In this document: in pieces, positions 47,772 to 57,834 of the stretch
Layout of the letters: each line of letters opens with the position of its first letter
Numbering within the stretch: position 1 is the first letter of the stretch
From: an uncultured virus (IMG/VR IMGVR_UViG_3300031134_000596)
Lineage: Duplodnaviria > Heunggongvirae > Uroviricota > Caudoviricetes
Virus record (IMG/VR): IMGVR_UViG_3300031134_000596
Strand: one strand, 5' to 3'
Length of the DNA stretch: 64,000 nt
Notes under the pieces: generated by a model
Told to the model about the DNA's origin: nothing
The model's database searches: none
Seen by the model: only the letters and a program-made list of their open reading frames with translations
Made by a program: the position numbers and the translations under genes

Positions 47772-47939
47772 TTAGCTCCCGTAAGTAAGAATAAGGCTAC
47801 GACGAGCGTCGAACTCGTTGTTCAATGTCTGCCTTTTGATGGAAAGGTCGCGGAAAGAAATTTTCTTGCCGTTCAGTTTAGCAAGCTTAGCATAGTATGC
47901 ACGACCAAGTTCGTCCAATGTGGTGATTTTGTCAAACAT
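47772..47939 (-). CDS. 55-aa small protein (not in the ORF track)
   Basis: MFDKITTLDELGRAYYAKL...; SD GAGAGGG. Confidence 0.55.
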   Translation of the reverse strand: MFDKITTLDELGRAYYAKLAKLNGKKISFRDLSIKRQTLNNEFDARRSLILTYGS

Positions 47940-48114
47940 TTTCTTTCCCTCTCTTAGCTCTTACGTACATAATACACTAACGGCTTTCGGTAAAACAAGA
48001 GCCCAGATAAACAAATGCGTCCACTCAAACTGGGCAAATTTCTCAGTATGAAAAAGCTGGTAGAACAACTGACAAAAACTGAATGTTTTGTCCAGAATAC
48101 CCGATAATGTAGAT

Positions 48115-48300
48115 ATGAAAACGACGAAGTTACTTTCTGAATCAGGCACCCCACTTGTCCTGTCAGACAGGATGAACAAAGTGGCTATTGGTGCTGCCTG
48201 CACTGCTGTTTTAGGAATGGCTGTGTTAGGTGGCTGCGTTGCTGTAACTGCAGGTGAGATTCCTGCACCGGCAGATGCTTCGACTTCTCAAGCTGAATAA
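48115..48300 (+). CDS. Small membrane protein
   Basis: One TM; CCGATA 8 nt before ATG. Confidence 0.5.
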   Translation: MKTTKLLSESGTPLVLSDRMNKVAIGAACTAVLGMAVLGGCVAVTAGEIPAPADASTSQAE

Positions 48301-48351
48301 AGTGTAGTTGAAACCTTGCTTTACTCTCATCAAGTATGGTAAAGTTATCAA

Positions 48352-48804
48352 ATGCATAATTCTACGTATTCTGAAGATGGTCAGAACGTTGTCTACCCTG
48401 GGGCTTTCTCCTCTAATACTCCTGACACGTTCCCTGTTGAACTTCTTGATGCGATCCTTGACAGCAAGGTCAGCACGTATCATTTGAAAGATGCTCTGTC
48501 TTTCCGTCGAATCACCCGTAATGCGACTTCTGAGTGGGTGAAAGTGTCTGACCTCGTGGATGTTGACCTGCGAGGCAAGTCTGTGTACATCTACTTCGGC
48601 AACTGGGAAGACTCCGAGTGGATGTTCTCTGACGGGGTTGCTTCTGTAGAGAAGGAAGGCTCAGACGAATACGGTCAGGCCAACTACGTCTTCAAGAGCA
48701 TCGACCGTTCAGAAGGTCACAACTACTACCCTTTGGACCACATCAGCTGGGGTCCTCATGAGAAGGCTCTCATCATTACCCCGAATGAAGAGGTTAGCTC
48801 ATGA
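48352..48804 (+). CDS. Hypothetical protein, tandem paralog
   Basis: DLVDVDLRGKSVYIYF ... W ... V.SVE. Confidence 0.6.
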   Translation: MHNSTYSEDGQNVVYPGAFSSNTPDTFPVELLDAILDSKVSTYHLKDALSFRRITRNATSEWVKVSDLVDVDLRGKSVYIYFGNWEDSEWMFSDGVASVEKEGSDEYGQANYVFKSIDRSEGHNYYPLDHISWGPHEKALIITPNEEVSS

Positions 48805-49211
48805 CTTTAACCTCTCTCCCAACAGGGGTACCTACTGAAATTCCTTTGTCTTTTGACATGCAGGAAAGCGAAACGTACGGTTGGTCTGAACGGATTCCTG
48901 GACAGCTGAACGGAAAGCGACTGAAACAAGTTCAAAAATTCTCCCTCTTTGAACTTGTTAACGTTGACCTTTCTGGAACGCATTGTGTCATCCTGTTCGA
49001 CTACGGATGGGATGACCCTTCAGTCTGGTTAGAGTCTTCTCATGTCAAGACGGTTGAACAGTTGCCATTTTACGACCAGGATGACTCTCGTTATCCGAGG
49101 TATAGGTTCGTCACAGAGGCTCACCAAAATGAACATTATGATGAGCTAACTCAGAATTACACTTTCTCCGGCAGCAAAGATGTCTTCGTTGCCGCATACA
49201 AACAGAGGTAA
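48801..49211 (+). CDS. Hypothetical protein, tandem paralog
   Basis: ELVNVDLSGTHCVILF ... W ... VKTVE. Confidence 0.6.
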   Translation: MTLTSLPTGVPTEIPLSFDMQESETYGWSERIPGQLNGKRLKQVQKFSLFELVNVDLSGTHCVILFDYGWDDPSVWLESSHVKTVEQLPFYDQDDSRYPRYRFVTEAHQNEHYDELTQNYTFSGSKDVFVAAYKQR

Positions 49212-49218
49212 AAAATAT

Positions 49219-49827
49219 ATGAACTATGAAGAGCAACTTGCTTACGGTCAGCTGCAGCGTGAAACTGAGCTGGTGCTTCGTACACTCGTCGGAAAAATGT
49301 GGGGTAACGGTGGCTTCCGTTTAGACACAGACACCCTTGACCTGGCTGACCCGCATGACCGTTCCACTTTAACCTGGCTTGCTCGCATTACAGCTAGCTA
49401 TGTGCTGGCTGAGCGTGATGCATGGAGTCCTCAGGTCGAGACGATGATTCACACAATCGATAAGAAGAATCAGCGAACAGCAACGCTTGACTCATTGCTT
49501 GAACAAATTCGAGACCTGACAAAAGCTGATGTGGTCGATGTTGATGAGCTGAAGAAGCTTGCTGGTAGTTACCGTAACCCTATGGAAAACCTTTATGATG
49601 AGATGCGTGAAAAGCGTGAACGTAATAAGTTTCTGAATGGCTGGGCTGAGGACATTAAGGCTCATCCAGAGAACTCAGTCGTTGAGACAGAAGTAGAAGC
49701 AACACCTGACCCTGATGTGGTGGAGGAAAATATTGCAGCTGCAGCTGCTTTCACTAAATCATGGAGCGATGATTGGGGTAATGATGAAGATTACCAAGAA
49801 CGTTCTGAAGGTACTCCTGAACAGTAA
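49219..49827 (+). CDS. Hypothetical protein
   Basis: SD GAGG; followed by a terminator. Confidence 0.6.
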   Translation: MNYEEQLAYGQLQRETELVLRTLVGKMWGNGGFRLDTDTLDLADPHDRSTLTWLARITASYVLAERDAWSPQVETMIHTIDKKNQRTATLDSLLEQIRDLTKADVVDVDELKKLAGSYRNPMENLYDEMREKRERNKFLNGWAEDIKAHPENSVVETEVEATPDPDVVEENIAAAAAFTKSWSDDWGNDEDYQERSEGTPEQ

Positions 49828-49831
49828 GTTC

Positions 49832-49884
49832 GGTTAAATAGTTGTACCCCTGAAATCCACTTTCAGGGGTACAACTATTTAACC
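49832..49884. terminator. Bidirectional intrinsic terminator
   Basis: 24-bp inverted repeat between convergent genes. Confidence 0.8.
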
Positions 49885-49890
49885 TGGGAA

Positions 49891-50580
49891 TCAGCCACCC
49901 AGCAGGCTGGTAACACCAAAGTTGTTGTTCGACTGTGTTGTCTGAGTGACAACAGATGGAACACGGGACTGCGTAATAACATCTCCAGGCCCTTGAACAT
50001 CGACAACCAAACCTTCTTTGCTTTTCATGCTGTTCAACCATCCGCCAGCTTTACGGGTCCGCATCTGAACTGTTGACTCCCAGCCAACAAGGTGACCTGT
50101 GTCAATGGTAAGACCTTCGCCAGGCTTGAGAGAAATAACATCCAAAGCACCGTAACTGGAGCCAATCAGAGTTCCTGTACCGCGAGCTCGAAGAACAACA
50201 AGTCCTTCGCCAGCGAACAAACCGCTAATGGAAGCATCAGGCTTGATTTCAATGTTTCCATCATTAGCCAGCCACGAACCTTTGGTGAGAACAAAATCAG
50301 TGCTGGAGTCAATACCGATGGCGAACACGTCACCAACCATTTCAGGAATGATGTCTACCCAGCCGCCGGACTGAGGAGCCGTGAAAGTCGTGATGTGGAA
50401 GTTCTCGCCACCTACCATACGTCCAAGACTTTTGAGAAGACCACCATCTGCTTTGGCTGAGATGTTCATCCCTAAGCTTTGAGCCATCATACTTCCAGGC
50501 TGGGCTTTGATTGATTCGTTAGGTGCCAGCGTACACCGAGCTACAGCGTAAGCCGGGGAATGTCTGATTTCTACCTGCAT
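49891..50580 (-). CDS. AIM24/TIGR00266 family protein
   Basis: L.PNESIKAQPGSM, LFAGEGL, SYGA, IDTGHLV, EGLV...GPG.V..QSR. Confidence 0.9.
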   Translation of the reverse strand: MQVEIRHSPAYAVARCTLAPNESIKAQPGSMMAQSLGMNISAKADGGLLKSLGRMVGGENFHITTFTAPQSGGWVDIIPEMVGDVFAIGIDSSTDFVLTKGSWLANDGNIEIKPDASISGLFAGEGLVVLRARGTGTLIGSSYGALDVISLKPGEGLTIDTGHLVGWESTVQMRTRKAGGWLNSMKSKEGLVVDVQGPGDVITQSRVPSVVTQTTQSNNNFGVTSLLGG

Positions 50581-50583
50581 AAT

Positions 50584-51288
50584 TCAGTCCTTATCGCTCT
50601 CGTTTGTTCCGTTATCGGTTATTTTGTCTAGGAGGTTGTGCTCTTTTTGGAAAGAAGCCAAAGCTTCACGAAACTCTGCAATTGAGGCGAAAGCAGATTT
50701 CTCTTCAGCTTTATGCCATGTCCCAGCGGCATGGTTTTCGTTCATATGAACACGCGATTCATTTCCGATGAGCATAAGAGCAGTTGTTGAGACAATCCAT
50801 TCTTCTGGAGTCTCCTGCCCGTAAACAAAGCTGAAGCTCACTGCTGTCTTAATGCGAGCCTCGTCATATTCAGTAGATGTGGTGATATGGTCAAGTAACC
50901 AAGCATGAGCCTTTTGACCCCAGACAGCTCGTTCAGCCTTATACTGCTTTTCTGGAGCAAGCTTCCAGTAGAAGATGTCTTCATACTCATACCAGGAACG
51001 AAGGTCGTGTTCCCATCCGAAAAGGTCAAGCTTGTCAGCAAATTCTTTTCCTGATACAACTACAAGATGGGTGTGAGGGTCTCCGTAAACATCTCCAGGG
51101 AGCTTCCACACAAAATCGTCACGCTCCCACTGACCAGTCTTCCGCAAAGGCTGATCTTTATCAGGGATCAAAGCATACACAATGTCTTCATCCTTGTGGA
51201 AGAACGGAAGATTGTAAGTGTAGCTTCCCTGGTTCCCGTACTGGCCTCCACGCATACCGTAGAGCTTCAAGTTTTTTGTATCATCCAT
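50584..51288 (-). CDS. Hypothetical protein, tandem paralog
   Basis: LKLYG ... PFF ... DFVW ... VYGDP ... EFA..LDL. Confidence 0.7.
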   Translation of the reverse strand: MDDTKNLKLYGMRGGQYGNQGSYTYNLPFFHKDEDIVYALIPDKDQPLRKTGQWERDDFVWKLPGDVYGDPHTHLVVVSGKEFADKLDLFGWEHDLRSWYEYEDIFYWKLAPEKQYKAERAVWGQKAHAWLLDHITTSTEYDEARIKTAVSFSFVYGQETPEEWIVSTTALMLIGNESRVHMNENHAAGTWHKAEEKSAFASIAEFREALASFQKEHNLLDKITDNGTNESDKD

Positions 51289-51354
51289 GTGTCTATGCTA
51301 CCAGGCTTTACTTGGCGAGAACAGAAGAAGCAATTACAAGAAGTAGGTCATGTC

Positions 51355-52026
51355 TCATCTACTCTGCACTGTTGAGTGTTCTTCCTTAAAAGCTTTCAAA
51401 GCTTTACGAAGACTGTATTTTGAAGTGAAAGCTGCAGTTTCGTCCTTAGTTAAAAACTTCCCTGTTGCGTAGCCTTCATAAGTTGACGTTAGACCAGACC
51501 CAATTAAGTCCAAAGCCGTAATAGAAGCAACCCATTCTTGAGCAGATTGTGAGCCATACACAAAAATGATACCAACTGCTACATTGACAGCTTTTTCATC
51601 CAGAGGTTCAGAAGAATCTATACGTTCCAGCAACCAACGGTAGACTTGAGGCGCCCAAGTCGCTCTTTCTGCGTCAAATGCTTCTTTGGAGATTATCTTC
51701 CAGTAGAATTTTCCAGCTATAGGGTTCCATGAACGAATGCTGTGAAGGATACCCAGCAAATCCAGCTGCTGAGCAAATTCTTCTCCAGCAAGAACAACAA
51801 CATCCGAGGAGGGGTCTCCATAAACTTCTTGCTCGACGGGCCAAACAAAATCTGTTCTTTCTCGCTCCGTCATAAACCTTAGGTCGGAGTTTACGTCAGC
51901 TGTTGTTTTGTAGACAAACTGTGTTCCTTGCTGAAAGAAAGGGATGACTTTGCTGTAGTATTGTTCGTTGCCCCATTGATCTGCAGGAATACCGTACAGC
52001 TTCAGCTGTTCTGCCTTTTTACTCAT
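51355..52026 (-). CDS. Hypothetical protein, tandem paralog
   Basis: Same motifs as 50584-51288. Confidence 0.7.
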   Translation of the reverse strand: MSKKAEQLKLYGIPADQWGNEQYYSKVIPFFQQGTQFVYKTTADVNSDLRFMTERERTDFVWPVEQEVYGDPSSDVVVLAGEEFAQQLDLLGILHSIRSWNPIAGKFYWKIISKEAFDAERATWAPQVYRWLLERIDSSEPLDEKAVNVAVGIIFVYGSQSAQEWVASITALDLIGSGLTSTYEGYATGKFLTKDETAAFTSKYSLRKALKAFKEEHSTVQSR

Positions 52027-52106
52027 AGAATCAGGGTACCAGTCTTTGCAGGGAACAAGAGAAAAGGGCTGAAAGAGAACAACCCTTCCAGCCCTTTAGT
52101 AAAAGC

Positions 52107-52415
52107 TTACGCGATGATTCCACGTCTGTTGAGCGTATGCAGGAGAGATGCTGCTGCCCATCGGCGTGTCAAGTTCAGTTTATCGAAATGGTAGTTCTTG
52201 AAGCTTTCGTTCTTCTCTACCCAAATCCAGTCGCGGATTCCTCCAACGCTGTTCTTCACACGTCCAATCGCTCCGACAACTGCTCCGTTGACGATGACTT
52301 TGTACGCGACTCGAACTTCTTCGTTGTCTGCGATGATGCGTTTGAACTGTACGTTCTTCCAGTTGATACGGTCAGGAAGGCTGGACGGCTTACGGTTCTC
52401 TTTGAATATGTTCAT
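52107..52415 (-). CDS. Hypothetical basic protein
   Basis: SD AAGGAG. Confidence 0.6.
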   Translation of the reverse strand: MNIFKENRKPSSLPDRINWKNVQFKRIIADNEEVRVAYKVIVNGAVVGAIGRVKNSVGGIRDWIWVEKNESFKNYHFDKLNLTRRWAAASLLHTLNRRGIIA

Positions 52416-52510
52416 GACGGTCTCCTTGTATATGGCTAATTATCGGTGCAAGTAGAATGCGGACTGGAAAGATTTGATGTCTTTCCAGTCCGCATTCTGT
52501 GAAGTTTTTG

Positions 52511-52999
52511 TTACTGCTGGTGCTGAACCTGCTCGTACTGGATGGGCTGCGTAGCCTGCTGCTGCATGAACTCCTGCTCAATCTCCTCAGCCGTGTCGAA
52601 CGAATCAACAGGAATGACAGCCTGACCAGTCACCGCAGCCTGCTGAATCGCAGCCTGCATGGCAGCACGCTGAGCGACCAGCTTCTTGCGGACCCGAAGG
52701 ACCTCACGAATGAAGACAACAGCAGGAACAACCGCCCAGATGACGAACGCCGTGAAAATCGTCCAATTGCTCTGAGCCAGAGCCGTGGTGTGGATGCTGA
52801 GGTAAGTGAACGTGAAAGCAGCGACCCACAGGAAGCCGACAGCAACCTGAGCGACGAGGGTCTTCCAGACCGTACCCCAGAGAACAGCAAGGACAGCCTT
52901 ACCAGTCTGAGCCATGGGAGCCACGATGGGCTTCAGCGTCTCGCGGTTCTGGTAAGCAGCACCGACCGCCGAGGTGACAATCTTAGTGGGGAAAGGCAT
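52511..52999 (-). CDS. Membrane protein with Gln-rich tail
   Basis: Two TM, QQQ-rich C-terminus. Confidence 0.65.
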   Translation of the reverse strand: MPFPTKIVTSAVGAAYQNRETLKPIVAPMAQTGKAVLAVLWGTVWKTLVAQVAVGFLWVAAFTFTYLSIHTTALAQSNWTIFTAFVIWAVVPAVVFIREVLRVRKKLVAQRAAMQAAIQQAAVTGQAVIPVDSFDTAEEIEQEFMQQQATQPIQYEQVQHQQ

Positions 53000-53073
53000 T
53001 GGTTTCTCTTCTCTCTTGTTCAACCGATGATGTAACATCAGCTTATCAAAGGAAAATCACCAGCGCAACCTAT

Positions 53074-53325
53074 TCAGGCAGAAAGAGGGAAGAAAATTGA
53101 AACTTTCTTCTGCAGGGCGGTTTCAGTCTCGTCCGTTCCATAGAAAACAACCTCGTTCTGAGCTGCCGGGTCGATGACAGCTACACCCATAATGTCGTTG
53201 TCGTCCCTCAACACAAGTACGTTGTTCTTAGGAAAGACGCTGGATGCTACAGAGAACAGGGCTGTGATGCTATTCCTTGTCGGTGTTGACATCTCATCGG
53301 GGCTGTACAAAGTGTAAGACTTCAT
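53074..53325 (-). CDS. Hypothetical protein
   Basis: 83-aa ORF. Confidence 0.5.
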   Translation of the reverse strand: MKSYTLYSPDEMSTPTRNSITALFSVASSVFPKNNVLVLRDDNDIMGVAVIDPAAQNEVVFYGTDETETALQKKVSIFFPLSA

Positions 53326-53375
53326 AATACTTTATCTCTATCAATCAGGCTGGTGACAGCAAATGGGGTGTTCTG

Positions 53376-54179
53376 TTAGTTTGTCTTCTCGGCAGGTTCT
53401 TCAGAAGTGTCCTTCTTCCCGAAGTTCTCATTTGGACCTTTTCGTCCATCCCGTAATAGACCATGCTCGTCATAGTCTCGGTGGACGAGCTGAGCCAACT
53501 TGATGTAGGCTTTGTCGAAACTTTTCTCGTACACGTCCAGGTTGTAGTCATGGTAAAGCATCGCTGACCCAGGGGAAGAAGTTCCGCCAGCTTCCAACAT
53601 CACTGTGGTCTTTAGCTTACCCTTCTTGTTGGTCTTGCTGATAACTCCCAACCAAATAGCGTCCCAACCACCTTCGGTTGACACTGAAGGCTGCTCGCCT
53701 TTGTAAGGCTTCTCCAAAGTCCAGAACATGGGGTGCAGGTTGAGGTAATTGTACACAGCTGCTAAATCAGCAGGATTCTCTTCATACTTTTTGACTGCGT
53801 TCAAGAAAGCTTTGTAGCCCCAACCAGCTGACTGCATGCTTGTCAGTTCTGAGGATAGCCCAGCAGTCATGGGGATGGAGTAGTCCTGGTGTGCAAGCTT
53901 GTTCGCCTCCACAGTGAAAAGAGGATGACGACCTTCTGTTTTCAGCAGCTCTAAGACTTCTTTGAGAGTTCCTTCGAACGGACGCAAAGGACCTGTCAGC
54001 TCGTCGTATCGATGCACTTTGTACATGTTCACTGCATGGAAATCTACATCACGCAGAACAAACTTGTTTTCCCCGTCAGGGATCACCACCGTGTGCGGGG
54101 TAATTTTGTCGGCATCGTACAGATCAAGAATCCACTGAGGGAGTTCTGTTTTCAACTGGTTTGTTTTTTCGGTACTCAT
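53376..54179 (-). CDS. Hypothetical protein
   Basis: HPMFW ... LEAG ... HDYNLDV; TTGACT..TAACAT promoter. Confidence 0.65.
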   Translation of the reverse strand: MSTEKTNQLKTELPQWILDLYDADKITPHTVVIPDGENKFVLRDVDFHAVNMYKVHRYDELTGPLRPFEGTLKEVLELLKTEGRHPLFTVEANKLAHQDYSIPMTAGLSSELTSMQSAGWGYKAFLNAVKKYEENPADLAAVYNYLNLHPMFWTLEKPYKGEQPSVSTEGGWDAIWLGVISKTNKKGKLKTTVMLEAGGTSSPGSAMLYHDYNLDVYEKSFDKAYIKLAQLVHRDYDEHGLLRDGRKGPNENFGKKDTSEEPAEKTN

Positions 54180-54339
54180 CGTTATTCATGTTAACATGAA
54201 AACTTGAGTTAGTCAAATAAAGCTTTCATCTTTTGGTAGTGTTCCATCTGAAGCCGATAACTCACAAGACATTAGCGCTCCTTGCAACACCCCCGGCAGT
54301 AGCGTGCAAACCCACGAGACTGACTAGTAGAAGGAAACT

Positions 54340-55395
54340 ATGGAGCCGCTGTTTTACGTCGTGAAACTCTTAGCTTTAGCTTACATGGGTGGAATGCCCA
54401 CGCCTCCAACAACTGTACCTGCCGAAGTGCAGGTTCAGTATGTTGCAAACGCCACAGTAATCTCTGAAGACACTGTAGTGGTTGAGAAGAAGCAAGAAGA
54501 AGAGAAGAAAGAAGCAGAAGCTGCCGAGCAGACTCCTGTTGAAGAATCACCTACGGTGAAAGAAAGCTTGCAGCTTCCACTGCCCGCTAAGTCATATGCT
54601 TTTACCAGCAATTACGGTTCGCGTTGTCCTCCAGCCAGAGGGGCTTCTTCTTTCCATCGTGGAATTGACTTAGCAGCACCAGATGGAACCCCTCTGTACG
54701 CCATCCAAGCTGGAACCATCACTAAGGTGGTTGACGGAGTTAAAGGTGGCACTGGTGGAACAGTCATTCTGGCAACCACCATTAATGGTGAGCGAGTAGA
54801 CTTCTTCTACCACCACATGGGTAACTCGTCTCAGTATGTGAAAGCCGGAGATGTGGTTACTGCTGGTCAGCAGATTTCAGGTGTTGGTTCAACTGGTGTT
54901 TCCACTGGTCCTCACTTGCACATTGAAGTTTGGGAAGGTGGTTATGGTGAAGGAGAATCTACCAACCCTGAACTGTACTTCAAGAAAATCCAGCTTCCAG
55001 TGATTGAAAATGCTTATGCTGTGACTGTTGGACCTGAAGCAACTTCTTGCCCAGCGCCAGTTCAAGCTCCTGCTCCTTTGCAGTTCCCAACTACAGTGCC
55101 GCCTAAAGCTGCTGCCCCAGCTCCATCAGCAGCACCTGCAGCCCCAGCTCCTTCGCCTTCAGCTGCACCGGCACCAAGCAAACCAGCACCTGCTCCAAGC
55201 CCTGCTCCAAGCCCTGCTCCTACTGCGCCAGCACCGGCTCCGGCACCAAGCCCAGCACCTACTACACCACCCAAACCTGTAACCCCGGTGCCAACAACAC
55301 CTCCAGCTCCTGTAGTTCCTGTAATTCCTGTGGTCCCGTCTCCAGTTCCGAGTTCGGCACCAGCTCCAGCTGCTTCAGCTGTTCCTGTTGGATAA
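54340..55395 (+). CDS. M23 family peptidase with Pro/Ala-rich tail
   Basis: HRGIDLA, YHHM, VKAGDVV.AGQ.I, TGVSTGPHLH. Confidence 0.92.
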   Translation: MEPLFYVVKLLALAYMGGMPTPPTTVPAEVQVQYVANATVISEDTVVVEKKQEEEKKEAEAAEQTPVEESPTVKESLQLPLPAKSYAFTSNYGSRCPPARGASSFHRGIDLAAPDGTPLYAIQAGTITKVVDGVKGGTGGTVILATTINGERVDFFYHHMGNSSQYVKAGDVVTAGQQISGVGSTGVSTGPHLHIEVWEGGYGEGESTNPELYFKKIQLPVIENAYAVTVGPEATSCPAPVQAPAPLQFPTTVPPKAAAPAPSAAPAAPAPSPSAAPAPSKPAPAPSPAPSPAPTAPAPAPAPSPAPTTPPKPVTPVPTTPPAPVVPVIPVVPSPVPSSAPAPAASAVPVG

Positions 55396-55401
55396 CTAAC
55401 T

Positions 55402-55436
55402 AAGAAGGCCCGCAACCAATGGTTGCGGGCCTTCTT
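55402..55436 (+). terminator. Intrinsic terminator
   Basis: AAGAAGGCCCGCAACC/GGTTGCGGGCCTTCTT. Confidence 0.8.
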
Positions 55437-55685
55437 TATACACACATAGCATCAGGGGTACCTGACACTTTCAATGATAGGTTGAAGGTTCGAAGAAGTC
55501 AAATCGAAAACCGCATTATCCAAGCAATATCTCAAATAGCCCGTAAAGTAGATCAGGACGAAAGGGATAACCATGCGATTAGGTCGTATTTTGAACGTGC
55601 AGAACATTGTAGATGTACCAGTTGTAGAGACATCAGATGAAACAGTGGAGGAGAACAGTCTTGTTGCTTTCTCTTCCAAGGAACG

Positions 55686-56288
55686 ATGACTAACAAGAAG
55701 TACATTGGAACGCCTACAGACATCACAGACTCTTTAACTCCAGTTGTAGGTTACAAAGCAGCGTCTCTGCTAATGCATTTAAAAACCAGATACGCGTCAG
55801 TTCTCCCTGCCCATTTTAGCAACCAGTCCTTTGAATTTTCAGATCGGTGCCAATGCCGCAAAGCTGCAAGGAAGAGACATGATTTTCTTAAATGCAGTTG
55901 CGGTTTTTATGCATACAAAGATTTAGCAGATGCAAGTCATCATCGACACATCCAACAAGGAACACTTGTTTTTGAAGTAGCTCTGTCTGGAGCTGTTGTG
56001 ACAGCTGAAAACGGATACAAAGCTGAACGTCAACGAGTGACTCGCATTTATGCAAACAACTGTAAGTACTGCCCAAAGGAAGCCTACTGTTTCGCTTTGC
56101 CTGAAATAATCAAATCTCCTTTCGAACGCTTAGCGACTGTGTGCTTCACTCATGCGTTACACCTGGACCCATCTCAGCGGATAACGTTTGAAGAGATAGC
56201 TCAAAAAGCTTCTTACGAAGGATACCCACCTGTTGAAATAGCTCCTAACAAAAATTCTTTGCCCTACTATCCCGAAGGTTCCTACTAA
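55686..56288 (+). CDS. Cys-rich hypothetical protein
   Basis: VGYK ... CSCGFYAY ... VALSG.V..AENGYKA. Confidence 0.65.
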   Translation: MTNKKYIGTPTDITDSLTPVVGYKAASLLMHLKTRYASVLPAHFSNQSFEFSDRCQCRKAARKRHDFLKCSCGFYAYKDLADASHHRHIQQGTLVFEVALSGAVVTAENGYKAERQRVTRIYANNCKYCPKEAYCFALPEIIKSPFERLATVCFTHALHLDPSQRITFEEIAQKASYEGYPPVEIAPNKNSLPYYPEGSY

Positions 56289-57547
56289 TGCCCAGACATG
56301 CGAAAATGCGTCCAGTAAGTAAGAAGAGTAAAATCTTGCGAGGAGTCGGACTTGTAGCTGGTTTCGCTCTCATCCTTGGAGTAGGTGTTGGCGGTTATAC
56401 TGTCTGGGATTTGAACAGGAATTTGAAGCAGAATTCTGTTGACATTGGAACTGGTAACCCAACAGCTCAGACCAAAGCTCCTGAACCTGAGACAACTGTT
56501 GACGAATTCGAAGGGGCTTTCACTATGCTCCTTGTCGGTAACGATGATGGTAACGGTGAATCTAAATACGGGGTTCGGGATAAAGCTTTGAATGACGTAA
56601 ACATTCTTCTGCATATCTCTGCAGATCATACCAAAGCAACAGCCATTTCAGTCCCAAGAGACACTCTGGTCGATATTCCTCAATGCGCTAACGAAGATAC
56701 TGGAGCGATAACACCAGCTTCTTACGGGGTGAAAATCAACCAGTCTTTGAGTCGAGGAGGTTTGAAGTGTGTGGTTGACACTTTCCGTCAATTGACAGGT
56801 GAAGAAATCCCTTATGCGGCGATGATTCAGTTTGAAGGTGTAATCGCTCTATCTAACGCAGTCGGTGGTGTTCCTGTTTGCGTGTCTTCAGATATCAACG
56901 ATTCGCTTTCTGGGCTGAACCTGACTGCTGGAGAACATACTCTTCAAGGAGACCAGGCTTTAGCGTTCCTACGTACTCGACATGGAGTAGGTGACGGTTC
57001 GGACTTGGGTCGCATTTCGAACCAGCAGGTTTTCCTGTCTTCTTTGATGAGGACTTTGAAATCATCTGATACTTTATCTAACCCTAAAAAGGTTTACGAC
57101 ATCGCTCAGGTTGCTGCCGAAAATATGACTTTTTCAACAAACTTGGCATCAGTGCCCACTTTAGCGTCTTTGGCTTACACGTTGAAGGATGTTCCTTTGG
57201 GCAACATTTCATTCCTACAGTACCCCACTTACTACACAACTATCAGAGGTTCTGAGCAGGTTGTGACAGATGATGCATCTGCAAGAATAATGCTGGATGC
57301 AGTGTTCTCTGACCAAAAAATTGAAATCACAGGAGGTACTGGCCCTGGACAAATAGGTTCTGTGGACCAGACTCCTGAACCGACAGCAGCTCCTGTGAAT
57401 CCTTCTGTTCCAACTCCTACTTCGACAAGCACAACTGGACCTACTGGAACTCCTGCTCCAGAGGAAACAGCTGTAGCCTTGCCTGACTCAGTGACAGGGC
57501 AGACCGCTGAACAGAGTACTTGTTCTCGCGGGTTCGGTGATTATTAA
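56288..57547 (+). CDS. LCP (LytR-CpsA-Psr) family protein
   Basis: LLVGND, LND...LLH, SVPRD, KIN, ALAFLRTRH, SDLGRISNQQ. Confidence 0.95.
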   Translation: MPRHAKMRPVSKKSKILRGVGLVAGFALILGVGVGGYTVWDLNRNLKQNSVDIGTGNPTAQTKAPEPETTVDEFEGAFTMLLVGNDDGNGESKYGVRDKALNDVNILLHISADHTKATAISVPRDTLVDIPQCANEDTGAITPASYGVKINQSLSRGGLKCVVDTFRQLTGEEIPYAAMIQFEGVIALSNAVGGVPVCVSSDINDSLSGLNLTAGEHTLQGDQALAFLRTRHGVGDGSDLGRISNQQVFLSSLMRTLKSSDTLSNPKKVYDIAQVAAENMTFSTNLASVPTLASLAYTLKDVPLGNISFLQYPTYYTTIRGSEQVVTDDASARIMLDAVFSDQKIEITGGTGPGQIGSVDQTPEPTAAPVNPSVPTPTSTSTTGPTGTPAPEETAVALPDSVTGQTAEQSTCSRGFGDY

Positions 57548-57549
57548 AT

Positions 57550-57772
57550 AAAGAAGACCCCTGAGCTGCTTGAGAGAGGAGAGAGAGATTAGCAGCTCAG
57601 GGGTCTTCTTTGAGGAAGGGTTATACCAGGAGGTGTCTCGACCGGCACATTTTCACTCGACCTTTTTAGGAGAGAGAGAAGTTAGGCTTCGTGAACCTTC
57701 CTATCAGTAGTAAACACTATGTAATGAAAAAGCATTCCGCTTTCTAACTTCGTAATGTCTCTGTGCTGACAT
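57550..57772 (-). ncRNA. Candidate sRNA (possibly dual-function with a 22-aa leaderless ORF) carrying anti-SD CU tracts
   Basis: TTGACT(57806)-17-TAATGT promoter, no long ORF, ends in a 21-bp terminator hairpin with a UCUCUCUCUCCUCUCUC loop. Confidence 0.55.
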
Positions 57773-57834
57773 TGATAACATTACTCATTAGAGGCTTAGA
57801 AGTCAAATCGTCTTTCGTTCGGGCGTGTCGTGGT

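Noticed and set aside
54261..54339. Possible c-di-AMP (ydaO) riboswitch before the M23 peptidase
   Set aside because: The consensus motifs are absent and the leader is too short
55050..55390. Short tandem repeats (CCTGCTCCAAGC etc.) and an antisense Gly/Ala ORF
   Set aside because: Explained by the Pro/Ala linker of the M23 protein; not CRISPR
55419..55679. ORFs on either strand between M23 and 55686
   Set aside because: No convincing start or SD; left uncalled
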